Source: Methanobacteriota archaeon | GTDB taxonomy: Archaea; Thermoplasmatota; Poseidoniia; MGIII; CG-Epi1 | DNA length: 52,211 nucleotides | Reading direction: 5' to 3' | NCBI GenBank assembly: GCA_014240255.1 | Contig: JAAZXG010000005.1 | Span: 1-52,211 of the forward strand | Part shown: in pieces, positions 29,620 through 39,762 of the stretch | Layout of the letters: each line of letters begins with the position of its first letter | How positions within the stretch are numbered: position 1 is the first letter of the stretch | The notes under the pieces: model-generated | Database searches by the model: none | Seen by the model: only the letters and a program-made list of their open reading frames with translations | What the model was told of the DNA's origin: nothing | Program-made: the position numbers and the translations under genes

Positions 29620-32600
29620 ATGAGCTTAAACCAAACTAATTGGCTAGCAATCGCCTTGACTTTCGTCATGGCTGGTTTATTTTTTGTTTTGATATCGGGT
29701 GGTGCTGAGGCTGTAGATTATAAGCATCAAATATCATTATCGCCTTCAACACAAGAAGGGGAACCTGAAGAAACATTAACATATACGGTAACAATAGAAA
29801 ATCAAGGAACGAATGATGATACTTACAATTTAGGTATAGCTTCTACTGTGCCTACTGGTTGGTCAATGTATGTCCTTCCAGCTCAGATTAGTATAAATGA
29901 TGATACAACAGGTACAGTAACATTATATGTTGAAATAGGAAATAGAACGAATGCAGCTGGTGGAGTTACCAAGCAATTATCAGTTTACTGTCAATCAGCA
30001 GGTGAGTCTAGCAATAATGAAACAACTGCAGGTAGCGCTAAAGTAAAGAAAGTGTATGGGACTTCACTTTCTTCAAGTACTACTGAAATCAGTGTCGATC
30101 CAAATAGTGCAGCAACATTTTCGATAACAGTTACAAATGATAAAGGTAATACTGAAGATACAATTACCTTCTCACAAACTTCTACGGGGACTGATGATTG
30201 GTCATTTACTTTACCTGGATCAATTAGTTTAGATGCAGATGAGTCTTCTACTGTTTCTTTCAGTATTACTCCAGATATTGAAGCATTAGCTGGATTAAAA
30301 AGTATAAATTTCTTTGCAAATTCAGAAGATGATGAAACAGCATATTCAATTTCAGTTACAGTTCGAGTTAATCAATTACCCGCTCTTGAAGTCACGAAAG
30401 TAGGTTCGAGTGCTCAAGATATTGAAGCTGGGAAAAGAGTTTATTATTCATTTTTGGTAACAAATAAGGGTAATGCAGTAGATAGTTTTGATATTACTGT
30501 AATTACGGATGGAATACCTGATGGTTGGGAAGCTTCGTTAGATAATGATGAGATAAGTAGTCTTGGTGTTGATCAAAGCATTAATTTGACTGATGTTTTG
30601 GTTGTCAAAGCCCCTACAGATGCAGCAGCAGATGTTGTTGCTACTATTCAAATTAAAGTATCTTCTCAAGAAAATAGTTCAGTTTCAAAGACTTTTACTT
30701 CCCGTTCAACAGTGTTACAAAAATATGATCCAAAAATAACTATTGTTGGCGGAGATACTCAATCAGCTAATCCTGATACTGAAGTAACATATAATTTAAA
30801 AATTGAAAATCAAGGTAATGGCGAAGATGAGATTTCATTATCTTTGACTGGTTCCAATTCAACATGGGGTACTCTAGGTGAGTCATCATTTACTCTTGCA
30901 GCAGGTGCAAATACTACAACTACTTTAAGAGTTACAGCACCAGAGGATACGACTGCACAAAATGGGTATAAAATAACTATTAAGGCAACATCAGAAGATG
31001 CGACTACAACTAAGAATAGAGATGTTTTCCTTAATGTTAACCAAGTTTATGAAGTATCTGTTTCAGTATCTGGTGATACTACAAAATCTGGAGATCCAGG
31101 TGATACATTAAGTTATTCAATTACAGTAAAGAATAAAGGTAATTCAGATGATACCATTGCATTATCTCTGGAAGGAGAGATGTCTTCTTGGGGTTCAATT
31201 GTTGAAGATGTAGATTTAGAGCAAGGTCAAAGTACGACAGTTAATTTGACCGTTAATATTGATGAAGATGCAGTCGTTGGTGACAATGTAATAACTGTTA
31301 ATGGAAGTTCTGATGATTCTGCACTAGCATATGATACTAGTTCCGTAACAGTTTCAGTGAATAAGCAATACAAAGTGGATGTAATTGTTTCATCTCAATC
31401 TGGAGATCCTGGTTCAGAATTAACTTATCCGATGAGAGTACAAAATAAGGGAACTGGTACCGATTCGTTCAAACTTTTGATAGATGATTATCCTTCAAAT
31501 TGGATAGTTCAACTAGAGTCAGAATATGTTGAGGAGGTAGCTGCAGGAGGAGAAAAAACAGTTAATGTAACAATAACTATCCCTTCAGGTGAGCAAAACC
31601 AGGCTTTTACTACAAACATTACTGCATCTTCACTTGGTGCAGCAGATGAAAATCCACCAAAATGGGTTAACACAACAGTAGGAGTTACTACAATTGTTAA
31701 TCAGGAATATTGGATTGATCTTTCAGTTGAATCTAGCACGATTGATGCAATTATTGGAACGCCTGTAACAGTTACTATAACAGTTGATAATTTAGGAACA
31801 GGTGACGATATTGTTGCCTTATCATCTACAGCCCCAGATGGCTGGACAGGTTTAGAATTTAATACCTCATTCTTGAATGTTGTAGAAAGTTCTTCAGGTT
31901 TGGTAGGTTTATCAATTACGGTTCCAGAAGGAACAAATAAGGGAGATTATGTAGTCAATGTATCTGGTGTATCCAACTGTGATACTTGTGCTAATGGCAC
32001 TAAGTCTCAAGATTCACTAACTTTAACCATAAAAGTCGAGCTTTCTCGTGGTGTTGAATTAAATGCCGATGTAACAGCTATTGAGAAAACTCCGGGTTCT
32101 TCTGCAGTTTTCAGTGTGGATGTTAAGAATACAGGAGATGGTAGTGATACAATTCTTATGTCTATTCTAGATGATGATTTACTTTGGGCTACCGTAGATC
32201 CAGCATCAGTAGTATTAGCTAAAGATGAAACCGCATCAGTTACAGTTACTGTGGCTTTACCTGAGTATGATATAGATAACATGACTACTCAGGAAAGAGC
32301 TGCGCTTGAAGGAAATCAGTATGAAATCCGAATTAAGGCAAAATCATCTGGTGATTTATCTATAAGTGAGACAGTTAATTTAGATACTAATATTGGCCAG
32401 ATTTATGGGGCTAGTCTTACAGTAGTTGGTAGTGATACTGTTGTAACCTATCCTTCAACAGAAGATAGTGCTAATGATCGTAGAGAGAAATTCACGCTCA
32501 AATTAATTAATACAGGAAACAGAAATGATAATGTGAATGTAGAGACTGTGGCTACATCTTATCCAGATGAGTGGACAGTTTCAATATTTACTTCAGCTAG

Positions 32601-35328
32601 TTGTTCATCAGGTAGTTTTACAGGCAGTATAGGTGCAGGTGAATCAAAATACCTTTATCTATGTATAACACCAGATATCGATTCTGATGCCAATAATTAT
32701 ACAATAATAACTGAAGCTTCGGCAGGTGGTGGTGCTGAGCCTGCAGTTCAGGCCTCTACTACATTAGATGTAAGAGAACCAATAAGGTCAGTTACACTTG
32801 AAGTAGCAAATGGTGAAGAGGAAGTTACTTTATCACCCGAAGTAGGAAATGAAGAAAAGAATACTGCGCGTTTCAAGATTACTGTAACGAATACTGGTTC
32901 ACATGATGATAAATTTACTGCGGAGTTAGATAATGTCCTTGGAACTGGATGGGACTCCGATTTCTTTACAAAGAATTCAGGTAATCCAGGTTCTTCAAGT
33001 GATAAATGGTCTTCGTCAGGTCAAGAGTTAGAAGCGGGCCAAAGTAAGTCTCTTTGGTTTATTGCGGAAGTAGACGCTGATGAGGTAGATGAAGGAAATT
33101 ATACAATGTCTATCACTCTAAGAAATGTTGAAGAAGAAACTCAAAGTACGACTTCAGTAATAATCAATATTGCTGCACCAAAAAGAGATTTGGAGGCAAC
33201 AGCGATTGATGAATACCAAGAGATATATCCTGATTATGGGGGAACTTCTGCACAGAATAGTGTAAAATTTAAGGTTAAATTAGATAATACTGGAACTAAT
33301 CCGGATATATTTATACCTGAAATAGTATCTACACTTGACGACGACTGGGCTGTTACTTTTTGGCAGGATAGTTCTAAAACACAAGCTTGGTCTACAACAT
33401 CTGGTTTCTCTATAGATGATGGGGAATTAGATGATCTTTGGGTATTTGTTGAAGTTGCAGACACTGCTGATGAAGGTAATTATACCATTCAAATATCTGT
33501 AAGAGATGAAGAAGATGATACTAATGCTCGTGAAGATATAACATTGACAGTAGTAGTTCAAAGACCTGAGCTCATAATCACACAAGCAGATATAGCTTTA
33601 GAAATTGATGGCGTAGTTGGTAATGCATCACAAGTTCAAGATGGAGATACAGTAGTCATATTGGTTGATGTTCAAAATATGGGCTCAGCCGATGCCGATG
33701 ATGTACGAATTGAAATTTATTTCTATCCTAAGCAGGCTCCAACTGATAACGAAGTAGCGACTAACGAAGATTGGATTGGTTTTGAATTTGATGAAGGAGA
33801 GAATACTTGGATTTATTCATTGTACGACAAAACAACAAATATTAAATCAAAATCTCAAAAGTCTATAGCTTCAGATGATTGGTTAATCAAAGGTGGAGAA
33901 TGGTATGTTGAAGTTCGTGCAGATTATGACGATGATGATGACAGTGGAAAAATATTGGAACCTAATGAAAATAATAATGATGCTCGATATTCAGAATTAT
34001 TACGTGTAAAACCAGATTTAGTTATTGATGCAATGCGTATTGATAGTAAGTATGCCGGAAATCCAGCTAGTAATGTACCTAACATAGATGATATAGTAAC
34101 ATTCACAGTTACTGTAAGTAATACTGGTGCAGCAGATGTTGATGGCGCTAGACTCTATATTACTGCAGATAGTAGTGAAGATAATGAAGTTCTAAAGGAC
34201 CGTACTAACAAAGACTATGTAGATTTTGATGTTGATGCAGGAGAAACAACAGATGTTCGTTTCCGTTGGAAAGCAATTGAAGAAGAATGGACTACTTTCA
34301 GAGCTGAGATAAATCCAGTTTGTGATGATTTTAATATCTTTGAATGTGAAACCGCTGGAGATGGATTTTCACCTGAAACCGGACATATGTTTGATGAGTT
34401 AGGTCGTTATGCAGATAATGAATATCCACGTTCAGGAGTCTTTGAACAAAGTGGTTCAGAGGTAAAATTTGAAATATTGCCTGATTTTATTATAAAGAAA
34501 GTATCTATGGATCCTCGTAATCCTGAAGTCGATGAAGATGTAGAAATTACAGTTACAATAGAAAATATTGGTAATGCAGATTGGATAATCGGTAGTAAAG
34601 CGTTAACAATTATTTTTGAAGATGGAACTGGCACTGAGCTTGATCAACAAGTAGGTGAAACAATTAATAAAGGAGATACAGCTGAAGTTAAGTTCTCTTG
34701 GAAAGTTCCTAACGAGGATAACAAAGATGAACTTGATTTAACTTATACAATTGATGCCGGTAGTGGTGGTTTTGAAATTAAGCAATGTAATTCTTGCGAT
34801 TTGAATACCAATGGTGGCGGAACTGATAATGATGAATTTCAAGACACTTTCCCATTAGTGTTATCTGCAGTTTTAGGTGAAATTGAATTTATTTCAGATT
34901 TAACTGAAAGAGAATTGATTAAGGGAGTACCATTACTCTGGCCATTCTTGGCTGGCATTGGATTAGTACTTGCAATGATTGCAGTTCCAGTATTAAGGAG
35001 AAGACGGGGAAGTAGCGGCCGTCCTAGTTCAAGGGATGAGAAGGAGTCTTCAGAAGATGATTCTGAAGAAGAATCTGCAGCTCCAGTTGCAGCGCCTTCA
35101 AAGATAGGTGTTGTAATCGTATCTTCAGTAGATGGTAAGACTGCAAATGTTAAGGTGCCTTCCAATATGCCAGTTAACAAGTTGCTACAGAATTGTATAG
35201 ATAAATTCGGATTGCCACATGCAAACTTTGCAGTTATGCTCAATGGAGCGCCAGTAGATGTTAATTTATCTTTAGCAGATGCAGGTTTGTCTGACAGCTG
35301 TCAAATAGATTTAGTACCTCTTGAGTGA
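29620..35328 (+). CDS. Giant single-pass surface protein: about 11 NEW3/NPCBM-associated-like and 3 CARDB-like Ig repeats, TM helix, cytoplasmic ubiquitin-like domain
   Basis: Signal peptide (..AEA); 14 repeats of (Y/F)xhxhxNxG..D; EPNENNN CARDB motif; TM LLWPFLAGIGLVLAMIAVPVL + RRRR; C-terminal beta-grasp pattern. Confidence 0.85.
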   Translation: MSLNQTNWLAIALTFVMAGLFFVLISGGAEAVDYKHQISLSPSTQEGEPEETLTYTVTIENQGTNDDTYNLGIASTVPTGWSMYVLPAQISINDDTTGTVTLYVEIGNRTNAAGGVTKQLSVYCQSAGESSNNETTAGSAKVKKVYGTSLSSSTTEISVDPNSAATFSITVTNDKGNTEDTITFSQTSTGTDDWSFTLPGSISLDADESSTVSFSITPDIEALAGLKSINFFANSEDDETAYSISVTVRVNQLPALEVTKVGSSAQDIEAGKRVYYSFLVTNKGNAVDSFDITVITDGIPDGWEASLDNDEISSLGVDQSINLTDVLVVKAPTDAAADVVATIQIKVSSQENSSVSKTFTSRSTVLQKYDPKITIVGGDTQSANPDTEVTYNLKIENQGNGEDEISLSLTGSNSTWGTLGESSFTLAAGANTTTTLRVTAPEDTTAQNGYKITIKATSEDATTTKNRDVFLNVNQVYEVSVSVSGDTTKSGDPGDTLSYSITVKNKGNSDDTIALSLEGEMSSWGSIVEDVDLEQGQSTTVNLTVNIDEDAVVGDNVITVNGSSDDSALAYDTSSVTVSVNKQYKVDVIVSSQSGDPGSELTYPMRVQNKGTGTDSFKLLIDDYPSNWIVQLESEYVEEVAAGGEKTVNVTITIPSGEQNQAFTTNITASSLGAADENPPKWVNTTVGVTTIVNQEYWIDLSVESSTIDAIIGTPVTVTITVDNLGTGDDIVALSSTAPDGWTGLEFNTSFLNVVESSSGLVGLSITVPEGTNKGDYVVNVSGVSNCDTCANGTKSQDSLTLTIKVELSRGVELNADVTAIEKTPGSSAVFSVDVKNTGDGSDTILMSILDDDLLWATVDPASVVLAKDETASVTVTVALPEYDIDNMTTQERAALEGNQYEIRIKAKSSGDLSISETVNLDTNIGQIYGASLTVVGSDTVVTYPSTEDSANDRREKFTLKLINTGNRNDNVNVETVATSYPDEWTVSIFTSASCSSGSFTGSIGAGESKYLYLCITPDIDSDANNYTIITEASAGGGAEPAVQASTTLDVREPIRSVTLEVANGEEEVTLSPEVGNEEKNTARFKITVTNTGSHDDKFTAELDNVLGTGWDSDFFTKNSGNPGSSSDKWSSSGQELEAGQSKSLWFIAEVDADEVDEGNYTMSITLRNVEEETQSTTSVIINIAAPKRDLEATAIDEYQEIYPDYGGTSAQNSVKFKVKLDNTGTNPDIFIPEIVSTLDDDWAVTFWQDSSKTQAWSTTSGFSIDDGELDDLWVFVEVADTADEGNYTIQISVRDEEDDTNAREDITLTVVVQRPELIITQADIALEIDGVVGNASQVQDGDTVVILVDVQNMGSADADDVRIEIYFYPKQAPTDNEVATNEDWIGFEFDEGENTWIYSLYDKTTNIKSKSQKSIASDDWLIKGGEWYVEVRADYDDDDDSGKILEPNENNNDARYSELLRVKPDLVIDAMRIDSKYAGNPASNVPNIDDIVTFTVTVSNTGAADVDGARLYITADSSEDNEVLKDRTNKDYVDFDVDAGETTDVRFRWKAIEEEWTTFRAEINPVCDDFNIFECETAGDGFSPETGHMFDELGRYADNEYPRSGVFEQSGSEVKFEILPDFIIKKVSMDPRNPEVDEDVEITVTIENIGNADWIIGSKALTIIFEDGTGTELDQQVGETINKGDTAEVKFSWKVPNEDNKDELDLTYTIDAGSGGFEIKQCNSCDLNTNGGGTDNDEFQDTFPLVLSAVLGEIEFISDLTERELIKGVPLLWPFLAGIGLVLAMIAVPVLRRRRGSSGRPSSRDEKESSEDDSEEESAAPVAAPSKIGVVIVSSVDGKTANVKVPSNMPVNKLLQNCIDKFGLPHANFAVMLNGAPVDVNLSLADAGLSDSCQIDLVPLE

Positions 35329-35337
35329 TTTAAGTAA

Positions 35338-36516
35338 ATGCTTGATGCTTTAGTAATCGGAGCTGGACCTAGCGGTTCACGAACAGCTTGGAATTTAGCT
35401 AAGGCCGGTTATTCTACATCAATTGTTGAAGAGCATGAGATAGTTGGGGAACCTTGTCAATGTGCTGGATTAATAACTCCACGAACATTCGAGTATCTGG
35501 GATATAGGCGTCCAGTTTCTCAAGAAATGAATGGTGCCCGATTATGGGGGCCCAAGGAATCGTTTTTGAATTTCCAGGCTAATGAGACTAAAGCGTTAGT
35601 AATTGATAGGCCAGATTTAGACCGTTCAATTGCCGAAAAAGCTACAGATTGTGGTGCCGATTTAAAATCAGGTCACAGATATTTGGGTCATAGAAAATCA
35701 TCTAACGGAATAATAGCAACGATTCAGAGTAAGAGTGGTAAAATAGAGCTTGAAACTAAGATGTTAATTGGTTCCGATGGTCCAGCATCTAGAGTTGCTA
35801 GAGATGCAGGTCTTAGTAGTAAAAGAGAAGTTCTAGCAGCCTTTGGTGCAGATGTTGAAGGCTATCAAGGAATAGATAATCATGTTGACTTATTTGTAGG
35901 TTCAGAATTGGCTCCACGTTTTTTTGGCTGGGGCATTCCAACAGGTCCAAACACGGGCCGTATAGGAATGGCTACTGTGCTTCCAGACAGGCCTAAGAAC
36001 TTCTTTAGAGACTATTTCCATAAAGGAGCGCCTTCGAAACTTTTAGGAGGTGCTAAGATTATTAATCGTGTAAGTGGGCTAATTCCTTTTGGAATTAGGG
36101 AACCTAGTTATGCAGATAATATTCTTTTGACTGGTGATGCGGCAGGTATGGCTAAGCCAACTTCGGGTGGTGGAATTTATTCAGGTTTAATTTCAGCAGA
36201 TGCTGCATCAGAAGTTATTGAAAATGCTCATCAGAAAGAAAAGTTTGATTCTAAAACTTTAAGTCCTTATCAAGGTTTACTAAAGGAGCGTATAGGTGGA
36301 GAATTATCTAAGGGTTATCACTTACGAAGAGCTTTTTTGAGTCTTAATGATGATCAATTAGCTGAAATTATTTCAATACTCGGTGAACCTAAAGTTAAGA
36401 GTGCAATAGAGAAAACAGGAGATTTGGATTATGCCTCTCTAGCTGCGTTTTCGGTACTTAAAGCGCAACCTAAACTCATTAAGTTTGCCCCTTTGCTTTT
36501 GAAGCCATTTATTTAG
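35338..36516 (+). CDS. Geranylgeranyl reductase family protein (second paralog)
   Basis: DALVIGAGPSG, PCQCAGLI, GSDGPAS, FFGWGIP, GDAAGMAKPTSGGGI. Confidence 0.85.
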   Translation: MLDALVIGAGPSGSRTAWNLAKAGYSTSIVEEHEIVGEPCQCAGLITPRTFEYLGYRRPVSQEMNGARLWGPKESFLNFQANETKALVIDRPDLDRSIAEKATDCGADLKSGHRYLGHRKSSNGIIATIQSKSGKIELETKMLIGSDGPASRVARDAGLSSKREVLAAFGADVEGYQGIDNHVDLFVGSELAPRFFGWGIPTGPNTGRIGMATVLPDRPKNFFRDYFHKGAPSKLLGGAKIINRVSGLIPFGIREPSYADNILLTGDAAGMAKPTSGGGIYSGLISADAASEVIENAHQKEKFDSKTLSPYQGLLKERIGGELSKGYHLRRAFLSLNDDQLAEIISILGEPKVKSAIEKTGDLDYASLAAFSVLKAQPKLIKFAPLLLKPFI

Positions 36517-37257
36517 TTCAGGATAATTCCCTTCTTCTTCAAGATAAAAAATTACCGAAAGCCCAGCAAAAATTATTGTTAAGCTAATAAGTAAGTATAA
36601 TGGCCATTTTGGTATTGGTTTTTTAATCCCAAAAGAAGAGTCCGGTATAATTCCATCTACATCTAATACAGTTAGATTTATATTTCCTGGTGAGCCCGAA
36701 GGAACATTGTTGGTAGCATTGTTCCATTCATTCATACTCCAGTGGCCACGGGATTGCATTTGCCTTTCAGTTCCATTATGTTGAAACTCCATATCAAATC
36801 TAACGAAATAAGTTCCTTCCTTTGTATCCTCATTAGTTATGATTTGAAATCCTAAAGTTATAGTTTCATTAGATTGAATTTCATCTATTTCAAAGATGGC
36901 TCTTTTCAAATCTGTAGTTTTAAGGCTATTTTCTTCTGCAAGTAGATTTGAGGTCCAAATCGTATTTTGGATATATGGTCTTTCAGAGCTTTTAATGGCG
37001 TCTAAACTTTCAGATTCATCGATATCAGCTCTTTGATAAATCTCTGCAATAACGGTAATATTGTCTAAACTTTCGTTATATCTATTTAATACATCTAAAG
37101 AAAAATCACCACTTTGCCCAGGTTCTAGTTGCGGTGTGCTAAAATTATGAAAATCAGGAATTTTACCGGGGTTACTAACATACATGTCAACTTCACTGTG
37201 CGCTAGAGGCAGTGAAAGAATGACAATTGCAATAATTATTCCTGAAAGCCGTTTCAT
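36439..37257 (-). CDS. Hypothetical single-pass envelope protein (Ig-like)
   Basis: Signal peptide MKRLSGIIIAIVIL (likely ATG 37257), EGTYFVRF Ig-like motif, C-terminal TM and basic tail. Confidence 0.7.
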   Translation of the reverse strand: MKRLSGIIIAIVILSLPLAHSEVDMYVSNPGKIPDFHNFSTPQLEPGQSGDFSLDVLNRYNESLDNITVIAEIYQRADIDESESLDAIKSSERPYIQNTIWTSNLLAEENSLKTTDLKRAIFEIDEIQSNETITLGFQIITNEDTKEGTYFVRFDMEFQHNGTERQMQSRGHWSMNEWNNATNNVPSGSPGNINLTVLDVDGIIPDSSFGIKKPIPKWPLYLLISLTIIFAGLSVIFYLEEEGNYPELNKWLQKQRGKLNEFRLRFKYRKRS

Positions 37258-37346
37258 TATTATGTCAAATAAGGCTCCCTTTAAAACAAATATCACTCAA
37301 TTTTTTGGGGGCGGTTGGATTTATATGGACTTTTCTTTGGAACTGC

Positions 37347-38789
37347 ATGCGCATATTTGGTATAGTGTCAGCATTTTTCTTTTTTACGATTGTTTTTCTA
37401 ACTTTTAATGCATCATCTGAGATGCATAAATTTGATAATTTAACTATAGCTGATGGAGAGGTTAGAACTTTTACAGATGATCAGATTTGGCTTCAGGGTG
37501 ATATTCTGGTCAATGGTCAATTAACATTTGAAAATTGTAGTTTGAATGTTAACAGAACTTTAGATCTTACTACTTCTGAAATAAGAATTAAACCCGGTGG
37601 CCAGTTAAATTTATTTAATACAACAATTAGCACAATGGAAACCAGCAGTAATACAGGAATAGATAATGAATCTATTATTTCACCTTATACTTTAGTTTTA
37701 AATGGAAGTAGCCTTTCAGTATACAATTCAGAAATTTATTACGGAATGATTTGGCTAGTAAAAGGAGATGTTGAAATTACGGGATTAGTTCTTGATGGTT
37801 TTAATATGATTAATTATGGTATTTTTTCTGAAAATACTACTTTGAAAGCATCGAGTGTGTCTATTAGGAATTATACTCAAGGTTTACGTTCTATTGGTGA
37901 AATTCCAGATTTAGAGTCTATATTCTATTATAATTGTAGTACACAAATGACGCAGGAGTGGTGGCTTACTTTTTCACCATTTGATAATTCTACTGGATTG
38001 CCCATTCATGGTTTTGAAGTAAGACAGTGGAAAGATAATGAGATGATTGGAACTTGGAACTGGGCTAAAGAGTATGAGATAAATTCTTCTGGTTATAGGG
38101 TAAATCATACCACGCAACTTTCATTTTATCTTAATCTTCATTTTGGATTTGTAGATAAATATTGGGAAGGTAGAATAATTGAAAATACAGAAATAATTCA
38201 AAATTTCAATTTAAACCACACATTAATTAGTTTAAGTGACCCAATAATTTTTACAGATGATGAAGTTTTAGAAATGGGTCAGAAGGCTTCAAAATGGTCT
38301 AATATTAATTTTAGTGTTATAGTTAGTAATCCAACAGATATAAATTTTTATAATTTCAATTTAAATCTTCTAATAAATGGCAATACAGGTTATTCTACAA
38401 CGGCTATTTTATTAGATTCCAATTATTCAAAGAGGACAAATGTATCATGGACAGCTTCAGTAGAGGGTCCTATGTCTTTCGGAGTTAGTGCAGTTATTAT
38501 TGATTATTCCGGAGATTTAACGGATTATACTATTTCAGTGTATCGTTTTTTGCAAGTTGAATCAGATTCTGAGATTAATACTAAATCTTCAGGTTCTTGG
38601 ACTGCATTATTAGCGGTATTTACACTAATGAGTTTGTGCAGTTACATAATTTACACAGGTATTGAAGAAGAAGTAATTACATCAGATTCAATTGACGACT
38701 CAAGTCCAGAGGATACTATTTCGGAAGACGAGCACTTAAGAGAAATTGCGTTATCTGAAGAAATAGATGATGAGAAAGACCTTGAGTAA
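37347..38789 (+). CDS. Hypothetical single-pass envelope protein with acidic cytoplasmic tail
   Basis: Signal peptide MRIFGIVSAF.. (likely ATG 37347), beta-helix-like N-terminal region, many N-x-S/T sequons, TM WTALLAVFTLMSLCSYIIY, D/E-rich tail. Confidence 0.7.
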   Translation: MRIFGIVSAFFFFTIVFLTFNASSEMHKFDNLTIADGEVRTFTDDQIWLQGDILVNGQLTFENCSLNVNRTLDLTTSEIRIKPGGQLNLFNTTISTMETSSNTGIDNESIISPYTLVLNGSSLSVYNSEIYYGMIWLVKGDVEITGLVLDGFNMINYGIFSENTTLKASSVSIRNYTQGLRSIGEIPDLESIFYYNCSTQMTQEWWLTFSPFDNSTGLPIHGFEVRQWKDNEMIGTWNWAKEYEINSSGYRVNHTTQLSFYLNLHFGFVDKYWEGRIIENTEIIQNFNLNHTLISLSDPIIFTDDEVLEMGQKASKWSNINFSVIVSNPTDINFYNFNLNLLINGNTGYSTTAILLDSNYSKRTNVSWTASVEGPMSFGVSAVIIDYSGDLTDYTISVYRFLQVESDSEINTKSSGSWTALLAVFTLMSLCSYIIYTGIEEEVITSDSIDDSSPEDTISEDEHLREIALSEEIDDEKDLE

Positions 38790-39762
38790 AATAGCAATAG
38801 GTATTGAATCTACTGCACACACCGCAGGTGTTGGTTTGATTACTTCAGAAGGTAAAATACTTTCTAATCAGAGAGCACTTTACGTTCCTAAAGAAGGAGG
38901 GATACATCCCAGAGAAGCGGCTAACCATCATTCTGAAAAATTACCGGATTTGTTTAAATTAGCCCTAGAAGAGGCGAATATAACACCAGGAGATATTTCT
39001 CTTGTGTCTTATGCAAGAGGCCCTGGCCTTGGACCTTGCTTGCGTACTGGAGCTACGGCAGCACGGGCTTTTGCATATTCTCATGAAATTCCACTTTTAG
39101 GTGTTAATCATTGTGTGGCTCATTTGGAAATAGGTCTTCTTGAAGGGGCAACTGATCCCGTTTTACTTTATCTTTCAGGTGCAAATACACAAGTAATTGC
39201 CTATGCTGCAGGTCGTTACAGAGTATTTGGAGAAACAATAGACATAGGTATCGGAAATGGTTTGGATAAATTTGCCAGAGAGGTAGGAATGGGATTCCCT
39301 GGTGGTCCTAAACTTGAGAAAGTAGCCGAGGGTGATGATCTTTTGGATTTGCCTTATTCTGTAAAAGGTATGGATCTAGCATTTTCAGGCTTAATGACTG
39401 CAGCTAAGCAGAAATTGGATTCAGGGCATTCTCTTAGCAAGGTTGCTTATTCAATTCAGGAGATTGCGTTTGCAATGTCTTGTGAAGTATCAGAGAGGGC
39501 TTTGGCCCATACTGCAAAAAAAGAATTAGTTTTAGGAGGGGGTGTGGCTTGTAATTCACGTCTTAGAGAAATGGTAAATATAATGACTGAAGAGCGTGGT
39601 GTCAAGTGTTTTGTTCCAGAAAGAGCACTATGTGTTGACAATGGAGTCATGATTGCTTGGTTAGGTCTTCAAATGATGAAGGCAGATTATAAGATAAGTG
39701 AAAAAGATAATGTTGTTGATCAAAAATATAGGACTGATATGGTGGAAGTTACATGGAGGTAA
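38767..39762 (+). CDS. kae1: KEOPS t6A synthase Kae1
   Basis: GIESTAHT, GGIHPREAA, GPGLGPCL, VNHCVAHLE, GETIDIGIGN, DNGVMIA, YRTDMVEVTW. Start may be TTG 38782. Confidence 0.95.
   Translation: MMRKTLSKIAIGIESTAHTAGVGLITSEGKILSNQRALYVPKEGGIHPREAANHHSEKLPDLFKLALEEANITPGDISLVSYARGPGLGPCLRTGATAARAFAYSHEIPLLGVNHCVAHLEIGLLEGATDPVLLYLSGANTQVIAYAAGRYRVFGETIDIGIGNGLDKFAREVGMGFPGGPKLEKVAEGDDLLDLPYSVKGMDLAFSGLMTAAKQKLDSGHSLSKVAYSIQEIAFAMSCEVSERALAHTAKKELVLGGGVACNSRLREMVNIMTEERGVKCFVPERALCVDNGVMIAWLGLQMMKADYKISEKDNVVDQKYRTDMVEVTWR

Noticed and set aside
35101-35328. SAMP-type conjugatable modifier fused to the surface protein
   Set aside because: No C-terminal Gly-Gly, and no E1/UbaA or JAMM gene nearby; treated as a non-conjugated Ubl domain.
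39753-39762. Frameshifted Kae1-Bud32 fusion
   Set aside because: Both ORFs are complete with their own start and stop in a 10-bp overlap; separate genes are common in archaea and no slippery site is evident.
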